Assembly (NCBI GenBank): GCA_963675785.1
Contig: OY776562.1
Location: 1,664,001-1,728,000, forward strand
Reading direction: 5' to 3'
From: Anaerolineae bacterium
GTDB lineage: Bacteria > Chloroflexota > Anaerolineae > UBA1429
DNA length: 64,000 nucleotides
The number at the start of each line of letters is the position of its first letter. Positions within the stretch are counted from its first letter, which is position 1. The notes beneath the pieces were generated by a model. It had not been told where the DNA came from, made no database searches, and was given only the letters and a program-made list of their open reading frames with translations. A program made the position numbers and the translations under genes. This document shows, in pieces, positions 9,639-18,788 of the stretch.

Positions 9639-12600
9639 TTATGATTCTTTTGGCAGATAAATCAAAGAACAACGACAGAATGATGCGAATATGCCAAAAA
9701 GCTTTTTCCAGTTGATTTCCAACTCTGCCATTTTCATGAAACGAGGAAAGTTGCCCAAAAAGCAATGCCAATCACCAAAATGGTCGGATCTAGGAATGCA
9801 AGCATACATAGCAGTATGAAGAATACTCTTTGTCCCTCTCGCCAGTTCTTTAGCTGGATAATGCTCGTATAATGCCATATCAGGAAACGACGAGTACCAC
9901 TCGTCTGTATATCTGGATATCTCCACGGCTGAAAGGTTTTGGCTAATAATATAGTCAAGATCCTGGGAATGAATAAAGCCGTTTCTAAACGGTGCAAACT
10001 CCTCATCATCAGTATCAACCAGATCATGATTAGAAGCATTCGTATATATACAACCCTCAACAATGTTGTCATACTCTTGCGGAACGCCGGTAATGTGAAT
10101 CTCTCTTTCTATAAGGGCTTGCTTGAACAATTCTGAATAATCAGAAAGTAAAATACCTTTTACATCATAAAAGTCTATGCTTTTCGAATGCCAATAAGTA
10201 GACAGATAACTACGTATCTCTTTAGTAATATCTTCTTTAAGAAGACTATTGAGTTTTTCAGGTCTTAGTTCAAAAAAGCTGATATGTTTAGAGTCATAAT
10301 CAACACTATGGAAGTATCGGACAAAAAAGACATCACTTTTCCTATTGAGATATGAATTTAAAAGTAACCTTATGCCCTTTTCGGATTGATCCATTAGAGC
10401 AGAGAGCACTTTTGGGGATGTCTTTTCTTCGATTACACCAACTTCTTCAAATGTCAGTAATGCTTCCGCCATGGTCGAGACGGAGTAGTCCTTTCTGTTG
10501 AAATACATAAAAAAGTATTTCCAGACAGATAAGATATCAGTTTCACTATCACTGTGATTTACGTATCGCAGAAAAGCCAAGACGCGTTCACAAGTCTCAA
10601 AGGATCCTTGCGAAGCACTATCCTCAATGACGTCGAGAAGAGTTTTATCAGAAAATTCGGACGTATATCCGAGGGAAGATAAGGTTAAATAAAGCTCCTG
10701 GAAAAGTCTAGAACACATAACCTCCGGCAAATATAGTTCACGTCGATAGTACGCTAGAAGATGAGCGGGAGCGAAATCACCTCTACAAGAGACGATTTTG
10801 CATATGTCCTCATACAAAGGACTATCACTAATTTTATGTATATAAATATAAGAAAACGCAACTAGATGGGAATTATAAAAGACTTCATAAGATGTGTTTT
10901 TCAGATTTATTCCATGAAGTTGTTGATCAAGTGATTCCCAGTTTCCCCAATCAAGCTCTTCGATATTGAGAAATGTAGTTTCCTGCGTAACAGCCTTCTT
11001 AAAATCCCGCTCCGCTTTTTCTACATCATAATATGTTCTGCTGTAGGACTGTCGATAGTACTGGCTGTTCTTATGGAGGCGTGCCCGATAAGCCCCCCAA
11101 ATGAAACCCGTACTGAAGATACTGTCAATCGTGATGCCGTGCTTGTGCCAATACTCCGTAATATGAAACCAGAGACGCTCTGATCCCGCAAAGTCATGTC
11201 GTTCGGTGATAAGGCAAATAAGAATGAACGCATAATACTGATAATAATCCAGCAGTTTCTCAGACATGTGAGAAAAACGTTTTTTTAACTGCCAATAGAA
11301 TTCCTTGACAGATTCAAAGTCATAGTTTTCATCAAGTAGCTTTTTAAATACATCGAAATCAGCGTATTTTTGAAGCACCTTCGCCACAAAATCATCATCG
11401 AAATCAAATCCACTGAATCGTGAAAGATACTCTATTTCCCTGCTCAAGATGCTATCTTGAATTTGATCTATAACTTGCGAATGATCTACCACACAATTAG
11501 GCTGCCCGAGAAGATACGTATTCAAACTATCATGTATCAATGAAACACGTTTTTCATTGATCTCGAATAGATAGGGATGCTTTTTGATGAATTCCTCTAC
11601 CAGAAAAGCTGCCAATTCATGGTTCAGCAAATCGTGTATCTCTTTATATGTAAAGTAAAATCTATTAGTACTAAACAAGCTCAATGCTTTACTAATACCA
11701 TCAAATTGCATCAATGAATCGTAATAGGCATTTATGCTGTCTATTTTTTGATCAACTGCTATTTCATGATATATTATATAGTGTTCTGCTAAATAATTCG
11801 TAATAATTGGATATCCATCAGCGATTTCATATATCCTTGCTGCGGCATCAGGATCAATTTCCTTATATTCGACAAGAAACTTGAAAGTTTCACTTCTTCC
11901 CCAATTTACCAGCGTTCTTCGCTTCCATGATATCTTGCGCCTGAGTGGACGTGTTAGAACAACAACTCTGGCTTCTTGGAGCTTATCCACAAATGCAAAA
12001 TAGCGATCTAGCTCATAGCACCGATAATTCTCGATATGATCCAAACCATCTATGAAAAGAGTCAGGGTCTTATCATTGATTTCTTCTATGAGTTCATCTT
12101 CAGTAAACTCTTTGGGGGAATGAAATACTTTTTTGCAAAGATCCCTGATAAATTCAGAATATTCCAGACGATCGGATGCATTAGGATCCTGCGACCCTAT
12201 CCAAAATCTATATACGATAGCATTGGGATATGCTTCAACAAGCTCGTTCACAAAATGGCTTTTCCCAACTCCAGGCTTTCCAATAATGCAAAGAACACCC
12301 TTCTCAGGAATAGCCGTATCATGATTTACATCGAAAGTGCCCTCTGATAGAATCGCAGAAAATGCCTTTACAAATGGCAGATCATCTCTTATTACTTTGC
12401 AATTGCCATTCGAACAACATGTATGGGCGAACGAGATAATGTGGCTAATCCTTTCAGAGCTGGGATACATTTCTGTGATTTTCCGTTCAATCACGTCAGG
12501 GCTCAAAGGAACAACATAAACACCTTCTTTTAGTTTTTTTGCATTCAGGCCCAAGATCACATCCTGACATTCATCAAGTGGTATGCAATCGGTGTTAATC

Positions 12601-12887
12601 ACAGCTATGCTTGTCTTATCTCCGGCAATACGACTACAACTGCCTTTTACACTAAGAACTCCTTGTTCAGAAAGCTTGATTTCCTCAAGCGAGGTACCGG
12701 GGTAATCTTTGACCTGAAAACAATAATCGCCACCGGTATTTGTAAGACACACATCATCAAAATTATGTGCAGCGTCAAATTCGGCATCGATAGAGGTAAC
12801 ATTAGTTTCACAATCCATTATTGCCAAGAGCAAGCAATAAACTTGAACCTGATAAGCATATCCCTTGAATGCAAATAAGGCAGCCAT
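9639..12887 (-). CDS. N-terminal PD-(D/E)xK (Cap4-like) nuclease fused to a STAND/NACHT-like ATPase; Avs-like defence candidate
   Basis: N-term GYAYQ...E...FDD...FQVK; Walker A GKPGVGKS; Walker B LFIDGLD; VLTRP; GYPI; long helical C-terminus; AT-rich; RBS GAGGG before ATG 12887. Confidence 0.75.
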   Translation of the reverse strand: MAALFAFKGYAYQVQVYCLLLAIMDCETNVTSIDAEFDAAHNFDDVCLTNTGGDYCFQVKDYPGTSLEEIKLSEQGVLSVKGSCSRIAGDKTSIAVINTDCIPLDECQDVILGLNAKKLKEGVYVVPLSPDVIERKITEMYPSSERISHIISFAHTCCSNGNCKVIRDDLPFVKAFSAILSEGTFDVNHDTAIPEKGVLCIIGKPGVGKSHFVNELVEAYPNAIVYRFWIGSQDPNASDRLEYSEFIRDLCKKVFHSPKEFTEDELIEEINDKTLTLFIDGLDHIENYRCYELDRYFAFVDKLQEARVVVLTRPLRRKISWKRRTLVNWGRSETFKFLVEYKEIDPDAAARIYEIADGYPIITNYLAEHYIIYHEIAVDQKIDSINAYYDSLMQFDGISKALSLFSTNRFYFTYKEIHDLLNHELAAFLVEEFIKKHPYLFEINEKRVSLIHDSLNTYLLGQPNCVVDHSQVIDQIQDSILSREIEYLSRFSGFDFDDDFVAKVLQKYADFDVFKKLLDENYDFESVKEFYWQLKKRFSHMSEKLLDYYQYYAFILICLITERHDFAGSERLWFHITEYWHKHGITIDSIFSTGFIWGAYRARLHKNSQYYRQSYSRTYYDVEKAERDFKKAVTQETTFLNIEELDWGNWESLDQQLHGINLKNTSYEVFYNSHLVAFSYIYIHKISDSPLYEDICKIVSCRGDFAPAHLLAYYRRELYLPEVMCSRLFQELYLTLSSLGYTSEFSDKTLLDVIEDSASQGSFETCERVLAFLRYVNHSDSETDILSVWKYFFMYFNRKDYSVSTMAEALLTFEEVGVIEEKTSPKVLSALMDQSEKGIRLLLNSYLNRKSDVFFVRYFHSVDYDSKHISFFELRPEKLNSLLKEDITKEIRSYLSTYWHSKSIDFYDVKGILLSDYSELFKQALIEREIHITGVPQEYDNIVEGCIYTNASNHDLVDTDDEEFAPFRNGFIHSQDLDYIISQNLSAVEISRYTDEWYSSFPDMALYEHYPAKELARGTKSILHTAMYACIPRSDHFGDWHCFLGNFPRFMKMAELEINWKKLFGIFASFCRCSLIYLPKES

Positions 12888-13057
12888 TATGTCCCTCACA
12901 AACTAGTCGATGTCTTTGCAATAAACGAACAGGAACTCGATATCGCAGCAGAATCATATGATTTATGACAACCCAGTAGCGCACTTACTATAGCGGTTTA
13001 TTAACGGCAATGCCACCCTTTTTCCTTACTCTCACGCACCTGCCAAACGCTAAAGCA

Positions 13058-13098
13058 AAGCCCGGAGCATACGCTCCGGGCTATTTATTCTTTGGGAA
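13058..13098. repeat. Palindromic terminator-like repeat, copy 2
   Basis: AAGCCCGGAGCATACGCTCCGGGCT; perfect stem; positioned to terminate the GrpB-family gene on the minus strand. Confidence 0.75.
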
Positions 13099-13105
13099 CT
13101 AGAGC

Positions 13106-13675
13106 TCAATCATATCGCGCGCCGTACAATGCCTTTGCTTCTTTAGTGTACTTGTAGATAAACTCGGCCTTGTTATCGGTATAAGCATCGCGGTTGTGTT
13201 CGTACGCTTGCCACAAGCCGAGTTTCAAGCTCTCGTACTCGCTGGCGACTTGCGGATGGTCGTTCAAGTAATCGCGGAAATACAGCTCGTCGTTGTCCCC
13301 GGCGTACCGCAGATGCAGGTGGAACACCCTTTCCGAAAAACCGTCCGGCGTATAGCCCTTGTTGAAGGACAACCTTCGTTCGCTTGACGACATGCAAATA
13401 TACCCGCTGGCCTCGATCAGCGGCACGATTTCGTCGAGGCTGCACCCATCGACAACCTCGACCAGAATATCGACAATCGGCTTGGCCCAGATCGTATCCA
13501 CCGCCGTGCTGCCGATATGGCTCAGGCGGGCGATCTTGTGCGCGGGCAAAACCTGGCTCAGATGATTGGCTTCTTCTTCATACCACGCGTGCCAACGCGG
13601 GTCATGTTCCACCAGAACGATGGGGAATAATTGCCACAATTCATCCAAGGTCATTTCAGAAAGTGATTTTGGCAC
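13106..13675 (-). CDS. GrpB family protein (UPF0157, nucleotidyltransferase-like)
   Basis: HIGSTAV, AKPIVDI, FRDYL, Y..LK, YTDNK. Confidence 0.85.
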   Translation of the reverse strand: MPKSLSEMTLDELWQLFPIVLVEHDPRWHAWYEEEANHLSQVLPAHKIARLSHIGSTAVDTIWAKPIVDILVEVVDGCSLDEIVPLIEASGYICMSSSERRLSFNKGYTPDGFSERVFHLHLRYAGDNDELYFRDYLNDHPQVASEYESLKLGLWQAYEHNRDAYTDNKAEFIYKYTKEAKALYGARYD

Positions 13676-13744
13676 AGGCTAGTCCTCTTCATGAGCTATG
13701 ACGGCTCTGTAAGGCACTCAATATAACCCTATCGGGCGGAGATG

Positions 13745-14110
13745 CTACTCTTTCTTGCCCTCACGCACCCATTCCTTATGCAGTGCATCGCGGGAGGTAG
13801 AGGCGGGCTCATAGCGGGCCTCCAGGCGGATGGCGCCGTGACGGCAAGAGGCCTCGCACTGGCCGCAAGAAGCGCAGGTATCAGCATCATAGCGCATACG
13901 CAGGCCACCATCGGGCAGACGTTCCAACACCAGGCTGCCAGCTGGACAATCGCGAACACAGAGGCTACAGCCAGTGCATTTATTTATGTCAACTACTACC
14001 CGGCCACGGTAACTGTCGGGCACCACGCCCATTACCTCCAGCCCCACAGCTTCACGCGGGGCCCGCGAACGGCGCAGCACGTGGCGCAGCAAATAGATGC
14101 GCTTGGGCAT
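13745..14110 (-). CDS. 2x[4Fe-4S] subunit of group-4 hydrogenase (MbhN/EchF/NuoI-like)
   Basis: YRG...CTGCSLCVRDCP and CASCGQCEASCR; TAATG overlap with upstream gene sets start at 14110. Confidence 0.9.
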   Translation of the reverse strand: MPKRIYLLRHVLRRSRAPREAVGLEVMGVVPDSYRGRVVVDINKCTGCSLCVRDCPAGSLVLERLPDGGLRMRYDADTCASCGQCEASCRHGAIRLEARYEPASTSRDALHKEWVREGKKE

Positions 14111-15036
14111 TAGAGCCTCCCCATCCACACAGTAAAGAGCATCTGGGCCAGGCCAGCAGGCACCAAATACAGCCAGCCAAAGGCCGCCATCTGGTCAATG
14201 CGCACCCGAGCGAACAACACTTGCACCAGGGCCAGCATGGTCACCATAAGTGCTGCCTTGAGGCCATAGGCCGCAAACCCGGCCAAACCCACAAAGGGAG
14301 CTCCCCCACCCAAATAGACCGCCACCAGCAAATTGACGCCCACCAACGTTTGCATCATGACGGTGAGCTTCCACAAGGCCAGCTTGCGGCCGCTGTATTC
14401 AGTGAGCGGGCCAGCGCCCACCTCTGATTTGGCGTGGGGGATATCAAAGGGCACCCGTTTGAGCTTGCCGATGAGCCCGACGACCGACACCATAAAGCCC
14501 ACAGGCTGCCAGAACACGCTCCAGCCCCCCTGCGCCTGTGCCGAAACCAGCCCCATAATGCTCCAGCAGCGCGTCAGCAGGGCCGGCGCGGTCAGTCCCA
14601 GCAGCAGGGGCACTTCGTAGGAGAAATATTGCAACAGCGAGCGGTTGCCACCCAGCGCGCCAAAAAAGCTGGGCGCGGTCCATCCAGCCATGAAATAGCC
14701 CAGCGTAGGGATGCTCAGCAGGAACAACACCACGATGAGGTCGGCCTCAAAATCGGCTGCGGCCCAATCGCCCACGGGTACATAGAGCGCCGCGGTGAGC
14801 ACCGAGGCGATGGAGACGATGGGCAGCACGGCGCTCAGGGCGGCGTCGGCCCCACGAATGGTGATGTCCTCCTTGGCGAACAGCTTGATGATGTCGGCCA
14901 GGGGCTGGTAGACGGGCGGGCCCACCCGACCCTGGAACAGCGCTACCAGCTTGCGATCCAGCCAGTGCACCAACAACGAGGCCGCCAGCACGTACAGCAG
15001 CCCGGGGAACACCAGCACATGGAACAAGGTCGTCAT
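14110..15036 (-). CDS. Membrane subunit NuoH/MbhM/EchB-like
   Basis: DRKLVALFQGRVGPP, QPLADIIKLFAKE, SYEVP, RVPFDIP, GPLTEYSG. Confidence 0.92.
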   Translation of the reverse strand: MTTLFHVLVFPGLLYVLAASLLVHWLDRKLVALFQGRVGPPVYQPLADIIKLFAKEDITIRGADAALSAVLPIVSIASVLTAALYVPVGDWAAADFEADLIVVLFLLSIPTLGYFMAGWTAPSFFGALGGNRSLLQYFSYEVPLLLGLTAPALLTRCWSIMGLVSAQAQGGWSVFWQPVGFMVSVVGLIGKLKRVPFDIPHAKSEVGAGPLTEYSGRKLALWKLTVMMQTLVGVNLLVAVYLGGGAPFVGLAGFAAYGLKAALMVTMLALVQVLFARVRIDQMAAFGWLYLVPAGLAQMLFTVWMGRL

Positions 15037-15072
15037 CAAGAACTCCTATCAGGGAGATCAGGATCTCCGATC

Positions 15073-16155
15073 TCAGCGGTCAGCACAAGCGATACACAAG
15101 TCGGCCCCGGCAATCACCGCGGCTACATCGGCGGTCTGCACGCCCGAAAGCAAGTGCGGCAGGCTGGCCAGGGTGGGCAAGGTTGGCGTGCGCACTTTGA
15201 CCCGCGCTGGCGTATCAGAGCCATCCGAACGCACATAGTAAAACAGCTCGCCGCGCGGCGCCTCTATGCGCGTGGTCACCTCGCCAGCGGGCACCCGCCG
15301 AGGAGCGCGCACTTGCACTTCACCCTCGGGCAGGCCGTCTAATATCTGATGGACGATTTTCAAGCTCTCGTCGATCTCGGCCAGACGCGTATGCGCCCGG
15401 CACCATACATCGCCGCCGGTGCCGGTAATCACTTGGAAATCCATTTCCTCATAGGCCAGGTAAGGCTGTTGTTTGCGGATATCCAGCGTGCAGCCCGAAG
15501 CGCGCGCCGTGGGGCCTACCAGGCCAAGTCGGTGCACCAGATCGCCGCCCATCACCCCCAGTCGGCGGGTTCGGGCCTGAAAATTGCGGTCGTGCAGCAC
15601 CATATCGCGAAACAGCTTGAGCTGCTCCTCAAACTCGGCCAAGTTGGTTTGTACATAGCGCTCGTGGTCGGGTGTCAGATCGATGCGCACCCCGCCGATG
15701 GAGGTAGCCGAATGGGACACGCGTCCGCCGGAGAGATCCTCCATCAGGTCGAGGATGATCTCGCGGTCGCGCCAGGCGTACATGAAAATAGTGGTAAAGC
15801 CAATGGCCTCGGAAAGCACGCCCAACCAGAGCAGGTGGCTGTGGATGCGCTCTAATTCGCAAAGCAACATGCGAATGTATTGGGCACGGCGCGGCACCTC
15901 GATACCGGCCAGCTTTTCCACCGAGAGGCAAAAGGTGGTGGTGTGGGCTTGCGAACAAATACCGCAAACACGCTCGACCAGGTGCACATTCTGAATATAA
16001 GTGCGCTGCTGGGCCAGCTTTTCGATGCCGCGATGCACATAGCCGATGCGCAGATCGGCGCCCAACACGGTCTCGCCAGATACGCTCAGGTTGATGGAAA
16101 GGGGTTCTTTGAGCAAGGGATGTTGCGGCCCGATGGGGATACGAGTCGGCGTCAT
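15073..16155 (-). CDS. Group-4 [NiFe]-hydrogenase large subunit (MbhL/EchE-like)
   Basis: IGPQHP, GYVHRGIEK, L1 ERVCGIC, ELERIHSH, EAPRGE, L2 DLCIACADR-stop; all four Ni-Fe Cys present; no C-terminal extension. Confidence 0.92.
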   Translation of the reverse strand: MTPTRIPIGPQHPLLKEPLSINLSVSGETVLGADLRIGYVHRGIEKLAQQRTYIQNVHLVERVCGICSQAHTTTFCLSVEKLAGIEVPRRAQYIRMLLCELERIHSHLLWLGVLSEAIGFTTIFMYAWRDREIILDLMEDLSGGRVSHSATSIGGVRIDLTPDHERYVQTNLAEFEEQLKLFRDMVLHDRNFQARTRRLGVMGGDLVHRLGLVGPTARASGCTLDIRKQQPYLAYEEMDFQVITGTGGDVWCRAHTRLAEIDESLKIVHQILDGLPEGEVQVRAPRRVPAGEVTTRIEAPRGELFYYVRSDGSDTPARVKVRTPTLPTLASLPHLLSGVQTADVAAVIAGADLCIACADR

Positions 16156-16589
16156 GCGTTCTCCTCCTCATTCAACAAAGGCGGTGGTCCCTGCCAGTCG
16201 TCGGGCAACAGCAGCGGCTTGATCTCCCCCCGGCCCTCGATGGTGACGCCCAGCATCTCGTGCACCTCGCGCTCGTACCAGTTGGCTACCAGCATAATCG
16301 GGGTCAGGCTGGGTACGCTCAGATCATCCATCGGCAGCAACAGGCGCAGGGTAATGCCACAGCCGCCGTAAAAGTGGTACATCAGTGAGACGCCCTGGGG
16401 CAGGCGTTGGCCAGTGATGGTGGTCAAGTGGTGCACATCTGCCGCCACCAGGGCTCGCGCCGCCTCGATCAGATTCTCACGGGGCAGGTCATAGCAAATC
16501 TCGTTCTGGGGGCCCTCACCGCGTTGGGCACCGCATTCAACAAGCGCAGTGTCGATGGCGGCGAGATCAGCAGAAAGCAGATCATCCAT
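16152..16589 (-). CDS. NuoC/MbhK/EchD-like subunit
   Basis: HLTTITG, VPSLT, ANWYEREVHEMLGV, LLLPDDW..PPL. Confidence 0.9.
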   Translation of the reverse strand: MDDLLSADLAAIDTALVECGAQRGEGPQNEICYDLPRENLIEAARALVAADVHHLTTITGQRLPQGVSLMYHFYGGCGITLRLLLPMDDLSVPSLTPIMLVANWYEREVHEMLGVTIEGRGEIKPLLLPDDWQGPPPLLNEEENA

Positions 16590-17008
16590 CAGATACCCTC
16601 CAACAGTTGGGAAATGGCCTCGATGACGGCCTCGGGGCGTGGCGGGCAGCCGGGAACATACAAGGCCACCGGCACCACCTGATCGATACCGCCCAGCACG
16701 TTATAGCTGGCCTGCACAATGCCACCCGAACAGGCGCAAGCGCCAATGGCCACCACCCAACGCGGCTCGGCCATCTGCTCGTAAATGCGCCGTAGCGGGC
16801 GCGCTGACTGGCGCGTCACCGGCCCGGTGGTCAGCAGAATGTCGGCGTGACGCGGCGAGGCCTCTTTGAGGATTCCCAGCCGCTCAATGTCATAGCGGGG
16901 CGTCAGCAAGTCGAGAATCTCGATATCGCAGCCGTTACAGCCGCCGGTGTTGTAATGCAGCACCCAGGGCGATTTACGCCGCGCCCAGCGCACCACGCGG
17001 TCGATCAT
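16589..17008 (-). CDS. Hydrogenase small subunit (MbhJ/EchC/NuoB-like)
   Basis: GGCNGCDIE, SPRHAD, GACACSGG, VPGCPPRP; ATGA overlap at 17005-17008. Confidence 0.93.
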   Translation of the reverse strand: MIDRVVRWARRKSPWVLHYNTGGCNGCDIEILDLLTPRYDIERLGILKEASPRHADILLTTGPVTRQSARPLRRIYEQMAEPRWVVAIGACACSGGIVQASYNVLGGIDQVVPVALYVPGCPPRPEAVIEAISQLLEGI

Positions 17009-17343
17009 GATTCCTCTCCCTCGTGGGTTAGTACGTCCACGCAAAGCCCGGTGCCCAGCAAAAAGGCCGCTGCCAGCACCCAGGCGTTGCCCTCCAGGGG
17101 CAGCATAGCTACCACCAGTGCGGCCATGTGTACCACCACAAACATCAAACCCAGCCTGAAATAACGTTGGTAAGAGAGCTCCATCTCCTCAGGCACTAAC
17201 TCTTGCCCCCCGGCGTAAGGCTCTATCTTGCCAGGTTCATCATCTCGACCGCGAGGGGCGATCCTGCCGGACCAGCGATAGAGGCCATAGGCCAACAATC
17301 CGAAAAGGGCCAGCGCCAGTGGGGGGCTTGTCAACCAATCCAT
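17005..17343 (-). CDS. NuoA/MbhI-like membrane subunit
   Basis: Three TM segments, K.EPYAGG loop, YF..GLMFVVVH. Confidence 0.8.
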   Translation of the reverse strand: MDWLTSPPLALALFGLLAYGLYRWSGRIAPRGRDDEPGKIEPYAGGQELVPEEMELSYQRYFRLGLMFVVVHMAALVVAMLPLEGNAWVLAAAFLLGTGLCVDVLTHEGEES

Positions 17344-17344
17344 G

Positions 17345-18787
17345 TCAACCTCCCAAGGCCAACAAGGAGGCAGCTGCTTTCGTAGCAGCTACCATCACCG
17401 GGGTGGGCCAGACGCCCATCCCCAAGGCCATAACCGCCATTAGCACCATGGGCACCAGCATCCAGGCGGAAACAGGAGCATGCGGCCCCTCAATGCGCTT
17501 GTGGGTGAGCAGTCGACCCACCAGGGGCACGTAATAGCCCAAGCTAAGCAGGCTGTTGAGCACAAAAAGCACCACCACCGTGCCACTCAGCCAATCCCAC
17601 TGGCGCAGACCGCCCTGCAAGAACAGCCACTTGCTGATAAAGCCGTTGAGTGGTGGCACACCGGCCAGCCCCAGCAATGCCACAGTGAACACTACCGTCG
17701 TGGCCGGTGCGCGGTCCATCAACCCGTCCAGATCAGAGAGCATGGTGCTATCCATGTAATAGTGACAAACGCCTTTGCTGAGAAAAGCCAGCCCCTTGAG
17801 CAGCGCGTGGGCGGCAATGAGGTAAAAAGCCGCGGCCAGCATCTCCACATGCCCGCTGACCAAACCCAACCCCAGGGCCGCGGCCACATAGCCGGTCTGG
17901 GCAATGGAGGAATAGGCCAACATCCGCTTGCCGTAGGTTTGCACCAGGGCCATGCTGTTGCCCACCGTCATGTTGAGCACGCCCTCGACCACCAGCGCCC
18001 AACCCAAAATTCGCGGCTCAATGCCCAAGCCCAGCCCTACGCGCACCAACACCAGCAGATTGACCTGGATGAGCACACCAGAAAGTAGCGCGCTGATGCT
18101 GGATGGCGCTCGTCCATGAGCATCGGGTAACCAGGTGTGCGCTGGCACCAAGGCTGCCTTGACGGCGTAGCCGAGCATCATCAGCACGGCGCCAAACAGG
18201 CCCCAGGTGCCCATGGCAGCAGCACCACTAGTCAAAGCCAGGCTCCCCGACTGGCGATAGACATAGCCCAGGCCAAAGAGGATGAGCATGGCTGCAGATG
18301 AGCCCATGATGGCGTACTTGAAACCAGCCTCCACGGCGGTATCCGTGGTGCGGCGAAAGGCCACCAGCACATAAGAGCAGGCGCTGGCCAGAATGGTAGC
18401 CAGATAGAGCGTGAAGAGATCGACGGCGCAGAGCATGGCCAGCAGACCAGCGCACATCAGCAGCACCAGTGAATAGTAATAACGATAGCGCTTATCCTCC
18501 GACATATAGCGCCCCGAGTAGACGGAGATTAGCAGACCCAGGCCCAACACGATGACGCCCATAAAACGCGATACATCGTCTATAACAAAAGTGGCCGCCG
18601 TACCCTGGCTGGAGGTCCAAGCTAGGCCGTTTGTCCAGCCAAGCAGTAGGCGTCGCAAGGCCACAGCAAACACAGCGGCTGTAAGCAGGGCCATCAAGCC
18701 ATTACTGCTGATGAGGCGGCTGACGACATAGAGCGATACCGCGCCCAGCGCTAGTACGACCAGGGGAGCCAACAGGGGATCAGACAT
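17345..18787 (-). CDS. Mrp-antiporter-like subunit (NuoN/MbhH/MrpD-like)
   Basis: EAGFKY, KAALVPAHTWLPDAH, KRMLAYSSIAQ, HALLKGLAF, GVPPLNGFISK; start MSDPLL 18787. Confidence 0.9.
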   Translation of the reverse strand: MSDPLLAPLVVLALGAVSLYVVSRLISSNGLMALLTAAVFAVALRRLLLGWTNGLAWTSSQGTAATFVIDDVSRFMGVIVLGLGLLISVYSGRYMSEDKRYRYYYSLVLLMCAGLLAMLCAVDLFTLYLATILASACSYVLVAFRRTTDTAVEAGFKYAIMGSSAAMLILFGLGYVYRQSGSLALTSGAAAMGTWGLFGAVLMMLGYAVKAALVPAHTWLPDAHGRAPSSISALLSGVLIQVNLLVLVRVGLGLGIEPRILGWALVVEGVLNMTVGNSMALVQTYGKRMLAYSSIAQTGYVAAALGLGLVSGHVEMLAAAFYLIAAHALLKGLAFLSKGVCHYYMDSTMLSDLDGLMDRAPATTVVFTVALLGLAGVPPLNGFISKWLFLQGGLRQWDWLSGTVVVLFVLNSLLSLGYYVPLVGRLLTHKRIEGPHAPVSAWMLVPMVLMAVMALGMGVWPTPVMVAATKAAASLLALGG

Positions 18788-18788
18788 G

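Noticed and set aside
13021-13040. Similarity to the 3' end of the ferredoxin subunit gene (CTCACGCACC at 13031 and 13760)
   Set aside because: Only a 10-nt exact core with weak flanking similarity; cannot be separated from chance.
15073-15075. UGA at the end of the hydrogenase large subunit followed by a small hairpin (possible selenocysteine read-through)
   Set aside because: The UGA follows the complete CxxCxxR terminus, which is normal for unprocessed group-4 enzymes. Sec would replace a motif Cys, and another UGA follows four codons later.
14434-15342. Long antisense ORFs (also 4900-5694, 25866-26666, 41648-42250)
   Set aside because: Shadow ORFs opposite well-supported genes in GC-rich DNA, with no motifs.
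15073-16155. Calling the complex NADH dehydrogenase I, Mbx/MBS or Ehr
   Set aside because: Both Ni-Fe CxxC motifs are intact, the small subunit has CxxC rather than the tandem CC of NuoB, and no NuoEFG genes are present.
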